This document shows, in pieces, positions 27,301 to 41,500 of a stretch of DNA of 64,000 nt. Numbering within the stretch: position 1 is the first letter of the stretch; every line of letters starts with the position of its first letter. The stretch comes from Octopus sinensis (Eukaryota): NCBI RefSeq assembly GCF_006345805.1, contig NC_043006.1, positions 20,770,001-20,834,000 on the forward strand, in the 5' to 3' direction. The position numbers were made by a program, and so were the translations under genes. A model generated the notes under the pieces. It made no database searches, was not told the DNA's origin, and worked only from the letters and a program-made list of their open reading frames with translations.

Positions 27301-28329
27301 AAAGCACTGGTGTTGGTGTCACATAGAAAGCACCCAGAAATTGAAAGAAGCCCATCGTATATATGTATATATCAGGCACCCATGCCAACCCCCTTTGCTT
27401 GTGAAGACATGTTGGGGCAAGCGAAATCGAAATCGAATTGAACCAGCCAGGATCCCTGGTCTGGTGGTACGTAAAAAGCACTATCCGACTCGTGGCCGAT
27501 GCCAGCACCGCCTCGACTGGCTTCCGTGCCGGTGGCACATAAAATACACCAATCTGACCGTGGCCGTTGCCAGCCCCGCCTGGCACCTGTGCAGGTGGCA
27601 CGTAAAAAGCACCCACTACACTCACGGAGTGGTTGGCGTTAGGAAGGGCATCCAGCTGTAGAAACATTGCCAGATTAGACTGGAGCCTGGTGCAGCCTTC
27701 TGGCTTCCCAGAACCCCGGTCGAACCGTCCAACCCATGCTAGCATGGAGAACGGACGTTAAACGACGATGATGATGATGATGATGTATATATAGGAAAAA
27801 AGCAACAAGAATGGATTGAAATCTCAGTACGATCGTTTCGTACGAGGACATCTTTAATAAGCTAATTACTTAACCGTATATATGTATATATATATACCAT
27901 CATCATCATCATCATCATCATTTAACGTCCGTTTTCCATGCTAGCATGGGTTGGACGGTTCAACCAGGGTCTGAGAAGCCAGAAGGCTGCGCCAGGCCCA
28001 GTCTGATCTGGCAGAGTTTCTACAGCTGGATGCCCTTCCTAACGCCAACCACTCCGTGAGTGTAGTGGGTGCTTTTTTATATGCCACCTGCACAGGTGCC
28101 AGATGAGGCTGGCAAACGGCCACGATCGGATGGTGCTTTTTATGTGCCACCGGCACGACGGGGGTCAGACGAGGGTGGCAATGGCCACAAACGGATGGTG
28201 CTTTTTACGTGCCACCGGCACGAAGGCCAGTCGGGGGGGGGGTGCGCTGGCAACGGCCACGTTCGAATGGTTCTTTTATGTGCCACCGGCACTGGTATCA
28301 CAGCTACAATTTCCATTGATGTTGACATG

Positions 28330-28390
<61 letters not shown>

Positions 28391-31300
28391 ATATGTTTGT
28401 GTGTCTGCATTTGTCCCCCCAACATCTCTTGACAACCGATGCTGGTGTGTTAACATCCCCGTAACTTAGCGGTTTGGCAAAAGAGACCAATAGAATAAGT
28501 ACTAGGCTTACAAAGAATAAGTCCTGGGGTCGACTTGCTCGACTAAAGGCAGTGCTGCAGCATGGCCACAGTGGAATGACTGAGACAAGTAAAAGAGTAA
28601 AAGAGATACCAGTAACTTATCTACTGTTAGAGTTTCTGTCCTTCTTTAATTCCAACTCAGACCGGATTTAACAAACTTATGACCAAAGATATTCCAGCTG
28701 TGATCATCTCAGCTTATTACTGTTAACTACAAGTCAGATCTGATCCAGCAGGCCAACAATGAAAGATATTCTAGCTGTGATCAGCCTAGTTTTTTTTACT
28801 GTTTACCCCTGAGTCAGTTTGATCCAGCAGGTTCATGACTGAAAATATTATTTCTAACATATGAAGTGATTATACGAAGGCTCATTTTGTTTGCAAGACA
28901 TCCACTTTTGTGTGTGTATACTCTTACTCTTTTACTTGTTTCAGTCATTTGACTGTGGCCATGCTGGAGCACTGCCTTTAATCGAGCAACTCGACCCCGG
29001 GACTTATTCTTTTGTAAGCCCAGTACTTATTCTATCGGTCTTTTTTGCCGAACCGCTAAGTAACGGGGACATAAACACACCAGCATCGGTTGTCAAGCAA
29101 TGCTAGGGGGACAAACACACTCACACAAACATGCATATATATATATATACATGTATACGACGGGCTTCTTTCAGTTTCCGTCTACCAAATCCACTCACAA
29201 GGCTTTGGTCGACCCGAGGCTATAGTAGAAGACACTTGCCCAAGGTGCCACGCAGTGGGACTGAACCCGGAACCATGTGGTTGGTAAACAAGCTACTTAC
29301 CACACAGCCACTCCTGCGCCTATGTGAGGTTTGTTGTAGTATGTAAAATATGGATGTGTGCGCGCACGTGTGTGTGTGCGCACACGTGCACATGTGGTAG
29401 TGCCTTGTCTTACCTGCCTCTCCAGTGCTTTTAAATAAACTTGCTCTTTCGTCCTTGAGCTGTTCTTATTGTTATCTGATTCACCAAATACCAAAGCCCC
29501 AGGTCTGGTACCGAAGTTTTCTTTGGAGTTTGTCACATTTGAAAAGCTTCAAAACGAGTAAAAATAAAAAGGAAAACTGTTGTAAAATCAACAGAGAGTC
29601 AAGACTATTGAAAAGGTTGCAAGAGGCAATGAAAATTTTAGGAAAATAAAAATAAGAAATAATGTTGCAAAATTTGTTTTCAAATTCTCCCCTAATATTG
29701 AATATGTGTATGAGATGCATATCATTTGGCAGTTTTCTTTAACCCTTTAGCATTAAAACTGGCCATATCCGGCCAAAAGTATTCTGCCTGTTTTATGTTC
29801 AAACTGGCCAGATCTGGTCTCTCACACCAACCCTACAATATCGTTTTAAAAATTAACAGCTACCTCATCAAAATCTCATAGCTACAAGATAATGCATGAT
29901 TAATTCAAAACAATGTGGATAAAAAAGCATTAATTTTGGAAGAATAATGCAAACACTAAAGGGTTAATGTCTGCAGTCCATGTTAGTGTTGCTTAGATGG
30001 GAGATTATGAAGACAGGATTTTTATGATCAGAGGCTGAAGTATATTGATGGAGAAAAGGGTTAACTGAAGGCTAATGTTGATGAAGACAAGGTTTAATTG
30101 AAGGTTAAAGTTGGTGACGGAGGCGCAATGGCCCAGTGGTTAGGGCAGTGGACTCGCGGTCATAGGATCGGGGTTTCGATTCCCAGATCGGGCGTTGTGA
30201 GTGTTTATTGAGCGAAAACACCTAAAGCTCCACGAGGCTCCGGCAGAGGATGGTGGTGATCCCTGCTGTACTCTTTCACCACAACTTTCTCTCACTCTTA
30301 CTTCCTGTTTCTGTTGTACCTGTATTTCAAAGGGCCGGCCTTGTCACTCTCTGTGTCACGCTGAATATCCCCGAGAACTACGTTAAGGGTGCACGTGTCT
30401 GTGGAGTGCTTAGCCACTTACACATTAATTTCACGAGCAGGCTGTTCCGTTGATTCGGATCAACCGGAACCCTCGTCGTCGTAAACCGACGGAGTGCTTC
30501 CATCCATAAAGTTGGTGGAAATAAGGTTTAATTGAAGGTTCATATTTGATGGAGATAGGATTTACTTGAAGGTTAATCATGGACAGAGGGCTTAACTGAA
30601 GGTTAATGGTGATGGAGAGAAGGTTTAATTGAAAGTTAATGTTGATAGAGACGGGGTTCATTTGAAGCTTAAAGTTGATGGAGATAAGGTGTAATTGATG
30701 GTAAATGTTGATAGAGATAAAGTCTAAATGAAGATTAATGTTTAATGGAGACAAAGATTTATTTGAAGGTTAATCATAGAGGGAGGGCTTAATTGAAGGC
30801 CAAAATAAATATTTGGTGAAGGCGAGCATTAATTGAAGGTTATCGTTGATAGAGAGGTTTAATTGAAGCATAACCTTAATGGTAGCAAAGTTTAACAGAA
30901 GGTTAATATTGAGCAAGAAAAGCTTTAATTGAAGGTTAATATTGATGGAAACAAGGCATAATTGAAGGCTAATGCTGTTGAATGGTTGGAAGTTGATGTT
31001 TCACCATGGCTTAAACATGGTTCTAACTCCAACATGTGGAGGCGCAATGGCCCAGTGGTTAGGGCAGCGGACTCGCGGTCGTAGGATCGCGGTTTCGATT
31101 CCCAGACTAGGCATTGTGAGTGTTTATTGAGCGAAAACACCTAAAGCTCCACGAGGCTCTGGCAGGGGATGGTGGTGATCCCTGCTGTACTCTTTCACCA
31201 CAACTTTCTCTCACTCTTACTTCCTGTTTCTGTTGTACCTGTATTTCAAAGGGCCGGCCTTGTCACTCTCTGTGTCACGCTGAATATCCCCGAGAACTAC

Positions 31301-34300
31301 GTTAAGGGTACACGTGTCTGTGGAGTGCTCAGCCACTTACACGTTAATTTCACGAGCAGGCTGTTCCGTTGATCGGATCAACCGGAACCCTCGTCGTCGT
31401 AACCGATGGAGTGCTTCCTTCCAACTCCAACATACTTACATAAAGAAAATCTTTATTTATACTTACTTCTTTTTTGGCTGTGCTTTAGTTTCTAGTTCTT
31501 CAGTTCTGTTACCAAGGAAGGAAGGTTCAAAACCTAGAAATACACAAGCCCCAAAGGATATAACAATATTACTATGTAAAACCTACATCTCTCTATATAT
31601 AAACGGCAAAATGTCCGTCTGTGAGTGTGTGTCCTCTATACAAATCCACAATTTATCAGTTAGAGGGCTCGCACTTTCTATGGTCATTCAAAACCATCCA
31701 AGGGTGGTCGTGCACATCTTTACATTTCCTTAGTCACCCAATAAAGCCATTAAAAAATCAATTGCCGGGTCATAGTGCTAGTATACATATAAACTATTTC
31801 ATGCATTTGATCTCACTGTAACTTGTCAACATCATCATATCATGTCTATATGCCATGCTGATCAGCCAAAGGACAGAACTGTGCTTCAGTGTCTGCTTAG
31901 GCATGGCCACTGTGGCTGGAGGCCCTTCCTAATAATGCAAAGCACTTTACAACATGTACTAAGTGCTCTTTTCACAAACACACACACACGACAGGCTTCT
32001 TTCAGTTTCCGTCTGCCAAATACACTAACAAGGCTTTGGTTGGCCTGAGACTAGAGTAGAAGACACTTGGCCAAGGTGCCATGCAGTGGGACTGAACCAG
32101 GAACCATGTGGCTGGGAAGCAAGCTACTTACCACACAGGACTAGTGAGGTCACCATGCAGCTCAGAAGACTACGAGCCCCAAGGGGGGTGGCCTTAAGCT
32201 AGGAGATATGGGTCACTGGGGCACTGCTTTGAAGAATTTTTAGTTAAATGTATCAACTCCCAGCACTAATTTTGTAAAGCCTGGTACTTATTCTATCAGT
32301 CTCTTTTGGCAAACCACTAAGTTATGGTGATGTAAACATACCAGCACCAGTTGTCAAGTATTAGCGGGGAGGAGACAAACACATACACACACACATATTA
32401 TATCTTTATATATAAAACTGAAGTTGTGTGTGTGAGAGTCTGTCTCCTCCGATTTAGATTCCTAACTACTCCCACATTTTGCGGTGCAGTTTAACCAAAA
32501 GCGGGTATCTTATAGTCATGATTCATATCGAGCCCTTCTGGGTATTAGCGCTCGTCTACGATGATAAAAAAATTTACCATCATTTTTTCGCATTTTAATG
32601 CATTTTTTTGCTTGGTTTATATAAGGGAAGTAACTCTCTAAAAATGCTTATATAGTTATTTTCCTTACAAACCCGAGCAACGCCGGGCGATACTGCTAGT
32701 ATACATATACACGACACACTTCTTTCAATTTCTATTTACCAAATCCACTCGAGAGACTTTGATGGACATCTGGGCCATATAGTAGAAGACACTTGCCCAA
32801 ACCCCAAACCATGTTAGTTGGGAAGCAAGCTTCTTACCACACATCCACGTCTCTTCTTTTTTTTTCTTTTTACTTGTTTCAGTCATTTTGACTGCGGCCA
32901 TGCTGGAGCACCGTCTTTAATCGAGTAACTCGACCCCGGGACTTATTCTTTTTGTAAGCCCAGTACTTATTCTATCGGTCTCTTTTGCCGAACCGCTAAG
33001 TGACGGGGACATAAACACACCAGCATCGGTTGTCAAGCAATGCTAGGGGGACAAACACAGACACACAAACATACACGCACATACATATATATGACGGGCT
33101 TCTTTCAGTTTCCGTCTACCAAATCCTCTCACAAGGCTGTGTTCGGCCTGAGGCTTTAGTAGAAGACACTTGCCCAAGGTGCCACGCAGTGGGACTGAAC
33201 CCGGAATCATGTGGTTGGTAAACAAGCTACTTACCACACAGCCACTCCTGCGCCTAGCTACTTACCACACAGCCACTCCTGCGTCTGTATATTACAAATA
33301 AATAATCTGTCTATGAGACCCAGTGTTTAGGAAATTAACGTACTGGACTATTGACTACATGGTTCTGAGGTCAAATCTTACTACTGTTATTATATTGGGT
33401 CCCTGGATAAAGCAAAACTAACAGTGCTTGCTCCATTGGCCATGTGATTGATGCTAAGAGAGGTGAGAGAGAGAGAAAGTTATGAAAAAAGTTATATTTG
33501 TAAAGTGCTATACTGACCTGTTGTCACAGAGTTATCAAAATGGTCTTTAATGCCATAAAAACGATATGCATCATCAATGGAACTGCTACCACCATCTTGT
33601 AACAGACCACTGTTGAAATATAAAGAACAAATATGGTGCAAAATGGATTAATAAACAAGATGTAGTGGGTCTAACAAAGTGACTATAACAGAAAGGTCTA
33701 ACAAGATATTGACTATGACAGAAGGTCTGACAAGGTGTAGTCTAGACCAGAAGGGCTAACAAGGAGTAGTCTATATCAGAAAGTCTAACAAGGTGCAATC
33801 TATAAGTCTAAGAGAACATAGACTATAGTATAAAGTCAAACCAAACCTAAATTATTGTCAGCGTAATAAGGTGCAAAGTCTTGGCAAGTCTGAGAAGACC
33901 ATCTGTGGAACTTGGAATCTAGAATTTTGCCAATATTAAGTATTTGGTGTGTTGGATCGTTAGCTCCTACACGCATTTTTTTCTCTCCTTGTTTTTTTTC
34001 TGTATCTTTCTGTCGAAGAGTGTAGGCTCGAAACATAAAAGACTTGTTTTATTTCTATTTCTGAGCGCCATACTAATACATTTGTTTGTTTGTACTCCAC
34101 CTGCCTTCGTCTTTTGTTTATTTTCGTAAACCTGCCTTCGTCTTTTGTTTATTTTTGTAAACCTTCCTGTTATATATTTAATATTTCTATATCTCCCAGG
34201 GCTTATAGAAGTTTCAAAAAAATTATATACTTGAATATTTCAAATTATATACTTGAATATATTCTCCTACCCAGAATTTAACATTTCAGGGTTGAAGAAC

Positions 34301-35512
34301 TGCAAAATATTTAGGGTATTTGGAAACTGCCAAAATTAAATACTTACGACGGTTCATAGAGCAAACTGGGAGGGAGAGGTGGTACGTGATTGTTTAGAGG
34401 CAGGGTGCTGATACTTCTGCTCATAAGCTGTTGGTTGTCATTCCCTGTAAGTCTCCCAGATAATTGAGGATGTTGAGAGTCAAGTAGAGGGCTGAAATAT
34501 TAATAGATGTTTAGGCTATGTCAGTCAAACATTGTTGTTTAACCCTAATCCCTTTTGATACTAATTTGCCAAAGATTGCACCTGGTTCTATTATACAAAC
34601 TTACAGTTTTAAACTGATCTAGATTAAAACTTAACGTCACAAGGTTCAGTGGCTTGCGTGCCTCAATAACCCTGACAGTTATGCCAGAAAAGCGCAAACT
34701 CCTACTAGGGCTTCCCTTGCAGGACAGGTCAAAAGGATAGTGACCAGACAAATTTGGACCACTTCTTATTTCATTATCATCATAATCATCATCATTGTTT
34801 AATGTCCGCTTTCCATGCTAGCATGGGTTGGATGATTTTGACTGAGGACTGGTGAACCAGATGGCTGCACCAGGCTCCAATCTTGATCTGGCAGAGTTTC
34901 TACAGCTGGATGCCCTTCTTAACGCCAACCACTCCGAGAGTGTAGTGGGTGCTTTTACATGCCACCGGCACAAGGGGCAGTCAGGCGCTACTGGCAACGG
35001 CCACGGAAAAACCATGTTTTTTTTTTTTACATGTCACCTGCACACCGGCACAAGTGCCAAGCTAAGTAAAAGCAGCATCAATGACAAAAGAGGAAGGCCT
35101 TCCTTTAAGGAAACATGTGATGTGGTGCTGCAAAATCGAAAAGAAAGCTGCAAGTTGATTCTCCTTAACCTACAACAGAGAAAGAGCAGGTGCACAAGAA
35201 ATTGCTGGAAGCAGGATACTGAGGAAGAACTGAAAAAAAGCAGAGATCCAAAAGGAGAAAAGCAGGAAAGACAGTCCAGAACTGAGAACAGGAAAGAAAA
35301 ATCATTGATGGCCTATGCTCTATGGAGCAAAGAGCTTAAGAAAGAAATTAAAACTTCACATGTGGTAAGTAGCTTGCTTACCAACCACATGGTTCCGGGT
35401 TCAGTCCCACTGCGTGGCTCCTTGGGCAAGTGTCTTCTACTATAGCCTCAGGCCAACCAAAGCCTTGTGAGTGGATTTGGTAGACGGAAACTGAAAGAAG
35501 CCCGTCGTATAC

Positions 35513-35550
<38 letters not shown>

Positions 35551-38500
35551 ATGTCTGTGTGTCTGTGTTTGTCCCCCTAACATTGCTTGACAACCGATGC
35601 TGGTGTGTTTATGTCCCCATCACTTAGCGGTTCGGCAAAAGAGACCGATAGAATAAGTACTGGGCTTACAAAGAATAAGACCCGGGGTTGAGTTGCTCGA
35701 TTAAAGGCGGTGCTCCAGCATGGCCGCAGTCAAATGAGTGAAACAAGTAAAAGAGTATCAAAATTTCATGTTAATTACTGTTCTAAGCATCAGCTTAATA
35801 TCATCATTTAACGTCTGTATCTATGAGTGCATGGGTTGGACATTTAAGTATACAATTGCACTTGGAACACCCAATTTGGAGTTCAAGATAACCACAATGG
35901 TGAAACATATGTAGGAACAAATGGTATAAACATGTCTTTATTTCAATTTCTCTTTATTTATGTTTACATATTTTCTCAGGAAAATCATGCCCCACCTCAA
36001 GCAATGTTCATCTCACAATGTCCCCAAGGGGTGACTACTGCCCAGGTTAAGAACACTGACCTAGAAGGACTAAAAAGGTAAAGACCCTCTTAGGAAATGA
36101 ATGACCATGGGATTGCACCTAGAAAGTTACACTCCGAGGTACAAGTCCAGGCAAGGTTGTTTATGGAAGACCGGCAGTCACTCATGCATAACGGCCTCCC
36201 CTCTCCATGCCACCGATGTTATCCAAGGGGAAGGCAATGGCCGATACAGCTTGGCACCGGTGATGTTACTTGTACTTGTACTTGAGGCGACATTCACCCT
36301 GGGCGGGTTGAGTCGGCTTCTTCTACCACCCTCGAAGCATCTTGAACCATGGCAGCCCACGAACGACGGTCCAAAGCCAGTTCACTGGAGATAGCGAGTC
36401 AATCACGGTTCCATCGGTGCAGGCCATCGGTGACGTTGCAACTCATTCAACAGATGAGTGAACTGGATCAATGTGAAATAAAGTGTCTTGCTCAAAAACA
36501 CAATACACAACCTAGTCCAGGAATCAAACTCACTATGTCATGATTGCGGACCCGAAGCTCTAATCACTGAGCCATGCACCTTCACCCTAGGAGGATTATC
36601 ACTCAACAGAACCAACTGATCGCACTGTTGTTCAAGTAAAGTGAAAGTTCACATCCCTATCATAAACCAATTTAACATTCAAATACATAGCTGTCTTTAT
36701 GGTTTGAAATTTTGGATCAAAGCCAGCAAGTCAGGGGGAAAAGATCAGTTGATTACATCAACCCCAGCATTCAACTGGTACTTATTTTATCAACCTTGAA
36801 AGGATGAAAGGCAAAGTTGACCTTGGCAGAATTTGAACTCAGAATATAAAGACAGCTGAAATGCCACCGAGCATGTTGCCCAATATGCAAATGATTCTTA
36901 TTTCTTTATTACCCACAAGGGGCTAAACATAGAGGGGAAAAACAAGGACAGACAAAGGAATTAAGTCGATTACATCGACCCCAGTGCGTAACTGGTACTT
37001 AATTTATCGACCCCGAAAGGATGAAAGGCAAAGTCGACCTTGGCGGAATTTGAACTTAGAATGTAACGGCAGACGAAATGCTGCTAAGCATTTTGTCCAG
37101 CGTGCTAACGATTCTGCCAGCTTGATACCTTATTTAATAATAATAATATTAAATACAATGTTTTAATTACCATTTAGTTTATTTCACTATTAAGTGAAAT
37201 TATTATTACCTTCTATAATCTTGGAGAATGTCTTTTGTCGCAGATTGAGTTTCCTTTTTAGCCTGACCAAATGGCAGCAACGGTTCATAGATTTTCTTCG
37301 ACAATTGTTTCTCTTCCCTTTAGAAATATAACATAAAACAAAACAACAATAATATCAGGCGAATGTCAAACCTTGGTGCTAACAACAAAGGATAAGCTGT
37401 ATTGATCAAAAATTGGACCAATCTACTACACTGGTATTAATTTACAGTTCTGGGTAAGAGCTGGATCAATCTATCAAACTGGTCAAAGATCAGAATGTTC
37501 TATTGTACTAGTCAAAGAGTTTAGAGATATACTTTTTGAGCAAAACACCCCCTATCCAATGGACAGTGCTGAGTTGTCAAACATTTAAACCAAATGTTCT
37601 CAAAACAACTTGTCTGACTGTCCCATAGGCCTCCCCTTTGAGAAACACTGATTTGGCCTAAATTTGAGACACCAGCAAAAGAAGAAATAACGATAGACTT
37701 TTTTCTATTCCAAAGAAAAACGATTTTATTCACACAAATATGCAACCGAACAGTTTAAAGTACCAGTAATGATAAGGCTGTTGATTGGGAGAACACAAAC
37801 ATGGTTTAAACAGGAAGCTTGGCAGGAAAGAAACGTGCCTTTAAGCAGTACAAAAACAACAAAAAGTGGAAGGTGTAGTTATGTACAGGTTGACGGAAGA
37901 AAAGCAGGACAAAACGATGCATGTAAATGGGTTAGCTGGAGGTAAATCTAGGTGGAAAAGCATGATGATTTTTTTTGCGCAAACTGCACGTGCATTTTCT
38001 TGCATACGCACAATATCGATTGCAACAGCTGATGTACTTGCGCATACATATAGAAATCAATCTATTGATAAAATATGTACCAGTCAAGCAATGGGGGTCG
38101 ATGTAATTGACTTACCCAATCCCCCAAAATTGGTGGCCTTGTGCCAAAGATTTGAAATCAGTATTATAAAATACCATGAAAGAAAAGATATTTTTTTTGT
38201 GACCGTTGCCTCATGATTGGCCCTCGTGCTGATGGCATGTAAAAGCACCCACTACACTCTTGGAGTGGTTGGCGTTAGGAAGGGCATACAGCTGTAGAAA
38301 CTCTGCCAGATCAAGATTGGAGCCTGGTGCACCCATCTGGTTTGCCAGTCCTCAGTCAAATCGTCCAACCCATGCTAGCATGGAAAGCAGACGTTAAACG
38401 ATGATGATGATGATGATGATGATGATACATTCTATGACAAACTACTTACAATTTAGCAGCATTCTTTTCATCAATTTGTCTTTGAAGTTCCTCCCGATAG

Positions 38501-41500
38501 CTCTGCTTTTGTCGTTGTCTAGCGCTCTTTCTTTCCGTACCTGTCCAATAAACAGACATACTTCATAGGTGACCTTTTTTAACAGACAATTAGATTTATA
38601 TAAAACTAGCAGTATCGCCCGGCGTTGCTCGGGTTTGTAAGGGAAATAACTATATAAGCATTTTTAGAGTGTTATAGCCCAAAAATAGCAAAGAAATGCA
38701 TTAAAAATGGAAAAAAAAAAATGATGGTAAATTTTTTTTTAAATCGTTGACTCATCGTAGACATTTTTAGAGAGTTACTTCCCTTATATAATAGCGAAAA
38801 AATGCATTAAAATGGAAAAAAATGATGGTAAATTTTTTTTTAAATTGTAGACTCATCGTAGACGCGTGCTAATATCCAGAAAGGCTCGATATGAATCACG
38901 ACTATAAGTTAAACTGTGGGAGTAGTTAGGAATCTAAATCGTAGGAGACAGACACACAACTTGACTTTTATATATAAAGATCTCTTTCAAATTTTCTTCA
39001 TTAAACACAATTGCACTAATGTTCTCCTATTCGTGTGCCACAAGAGGTTATTCATATTTATGCTGGGATTTCACATATTAATTGTTTGAACAGCTATTTT
39101 TATATCTGCATGCAGAGTAAGCTTACAGATAAAAAACAAACAAAAGGAAGGTATAAAAACTGATGGAAGGGACATTCTTAAGAAACAGCTTAGTATCCTC
39201 CAGAGTGTGTATAAGGAGATTCAATAGACCCATGGTTAAAGCTATAAAAGATAAGCAACAAATTCAGAAAGTCTTTGGGAAGAATGGAAAGATACTAGAT
39301 TAACAGGGAAAAGCGTTTGTTTTTAACAGTAAACAGGGGGGTCTAAGGAAACTACTGAGGGTTTGTGTTGGGAATGAACTAACTGGCACTCTGTTGGTGT
39401 AGAGGCACATGGCCTAGTGGTTAGAGCAGTGGACTCGCGGTCGAGGGATCACGGGTTTGAATCTCAGACCGGGCGATGTGTGTGTTTATGGGCGAAACAC
39501 CTAAGCTCCATGCAGCACCGGCAGAAGGTAATGGCGAAACTTCTGCTGACACTTTCGCCACAACTTTCTCTCACTCTTTTCTCCTGCATCTTGCAGCTCA
39601 CCTGCGATGGACCGGCGTCCTGTCCAGCTGGGGAACCTATACGCCAAGGAAACCGGGAAACCGGCACTTATGAGCCAGGCATGGCTCGAGAAGGAACAAA
39701 CAGACAAAACAAAAACACTCTGTCGGTTATGACGACAAAGGGTTCAGTTGATCTGATCAACAGAACAGCCTGCTCATGAAATTAACGTGCAAGTGAGTGA
39801 GCACTCCACAAACATGCGTACCCTTAATGCAGTTTTCAGGGAGATTCAGCTTGACACAGAATGTGACAAGGTTGGCCCTTTGTAATACAAGTACAACTCA
39901 TTTTTACCAGCTGAGTGGACTAGAATAACGTGAAATAAAGTGTCTTGCTCAAGGACACAATGCATTGCTGGGAATTGAACTCATGACCTTACGATTGTAG
40001 GCCGAAAACCCTAACCCCTAAGGCGCATATCTTCATTGTTGGGAATTAAGGAAAGTACAAACTGACCACTGATGAAGGCCCCTAACCAAGCCTTCTGACT
40101 TTCCTTTCCCTCACAGCAAACTAATTTATTCCCCATAACTTAATTCGTTTACAATCTGGAGAGAAGGAACAGTGCTCATAAGCTCTTCAGGTTGAGGTTT
40201 GTAAGGAAAATGTGGACAGGTTCCAGGGGGTAAGTGATTAACGCAGGGTTTTTGTGGATGAAACGCAATTGACAAGTCCCTCAACCCCTTGGAGGTTGTT
40301 GGGCTACTGCAGTGTATCTAGGGTGACAAATCTCATCCCACTCCAGGCTAAACTCATTTCTACAGCCAAGTGGACTGGAACAATGTGAAATGAAGTGTTT
40401 TGCTCAAGAACACAATAGATTGCCCAGTCTAGGAATTGAAACCACAATCTTACGGGCATGAATCCAACACTCTAACCACTAAGGTACTCATTTTTACTGC
40501 TGAGTGAACTGGAGCAATGTGAAGTGAAGTGTTTTGCTCAAGAACACAACAGATTGCCCAGTCTAGGAATTGAAACCACAATCTTACGGGCATGAATCCA
40601 ACACTCTAACCACTAAGGTACTCATTTTTACTGCTGAGTGAACTGGAGCAATGTGAAGTGAAGTATTTTACTCAAGAACACAACAGATTGCCCAGTCTAG
40701 GAATTGAAACCACAATCTTACGATTCTAAGTCCAACACACCAACCATTAAGCCATGTGCCATTGAAACACAATAGGGAAGACAAAAGAAAACATGAATGG
40801 AGTGGTACACAGCTTGATAGTTTCACCCAACTAGAGTACAAACCTGAAATATTTACAAAGAAATATTTCTCAATTTGACTTTAATGAAGGAGAAAGCAGA
40901 CTTTTCTATCAACCTCAACACTCGTGATTAGATTTTCATTTTCCAGTTCAAGTTTTGTAAATGCAGACAAAATACAGTTAAATCATCTGTAAATTCTTTG
41001 ATTCCTTAGTGAACATAAAATCAATATTAAAAATAATCTTATCAGTGATTGGCTGTATGGTAAGAAGCTTGCTTCTTAGCCACATGTTTCTATCTACCAA
41101 ATCGTGGTCTCAAGCATTTGTCTTATGAAGAAAGGCTGAAGACGCTCGACCTTTATTCTCTGGAAAAACGCTGCCGCCGTGGTGATCTCATTCTCACTCA
41201 CAACATCATAAGCAGAAAGTGTAACCCCTCGAAAGAGCTGTTCTTCATTCCTGCTTCAGAGCGTCGGCTGCGGGGTCACTCCGAAAAGCTCTATCTGCGA
41301 CGATTTCATCTCAATCGAAGGAGAGGGGCTTTCTCCGTCCGAGTTGCGGATCCGTGGGATAAGCTGCCGGACGAGATAGTGAAGATGCCGATGACCGCTC
41401 AGTTCAATGTCTCTCTTGACCAGAAATGGCCTGAACTCTTTGCATGAACACCCTCCCTGTACATAACTCCATGTCCCCCTACATGGCCTTGCTTTTTGCT

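Noticed and set aside
27139-28490. Many 60-180 aa ORFs (e.g. 27200-27745, 59196-59744, 4403-4750, 16875-17177)
   Set aside because: They are translations of the non-coding RTE 3' UTR array and SINEs; the same pseudo-peptides recur at every copy.
33847-33902. Possible extra CSPP1 exon ([18 protein letters not shown]) inside ORF 33836-34036
   Set aside because: It ends in phase 1, but exon I starts in phase 2; exons H and I already join in frame without it.
34852-35445. 197-aa ORF
   Set aside because: A chance read-through across an RTE tail, low-complexity DNA and a SINE head; no domain and no splice support.
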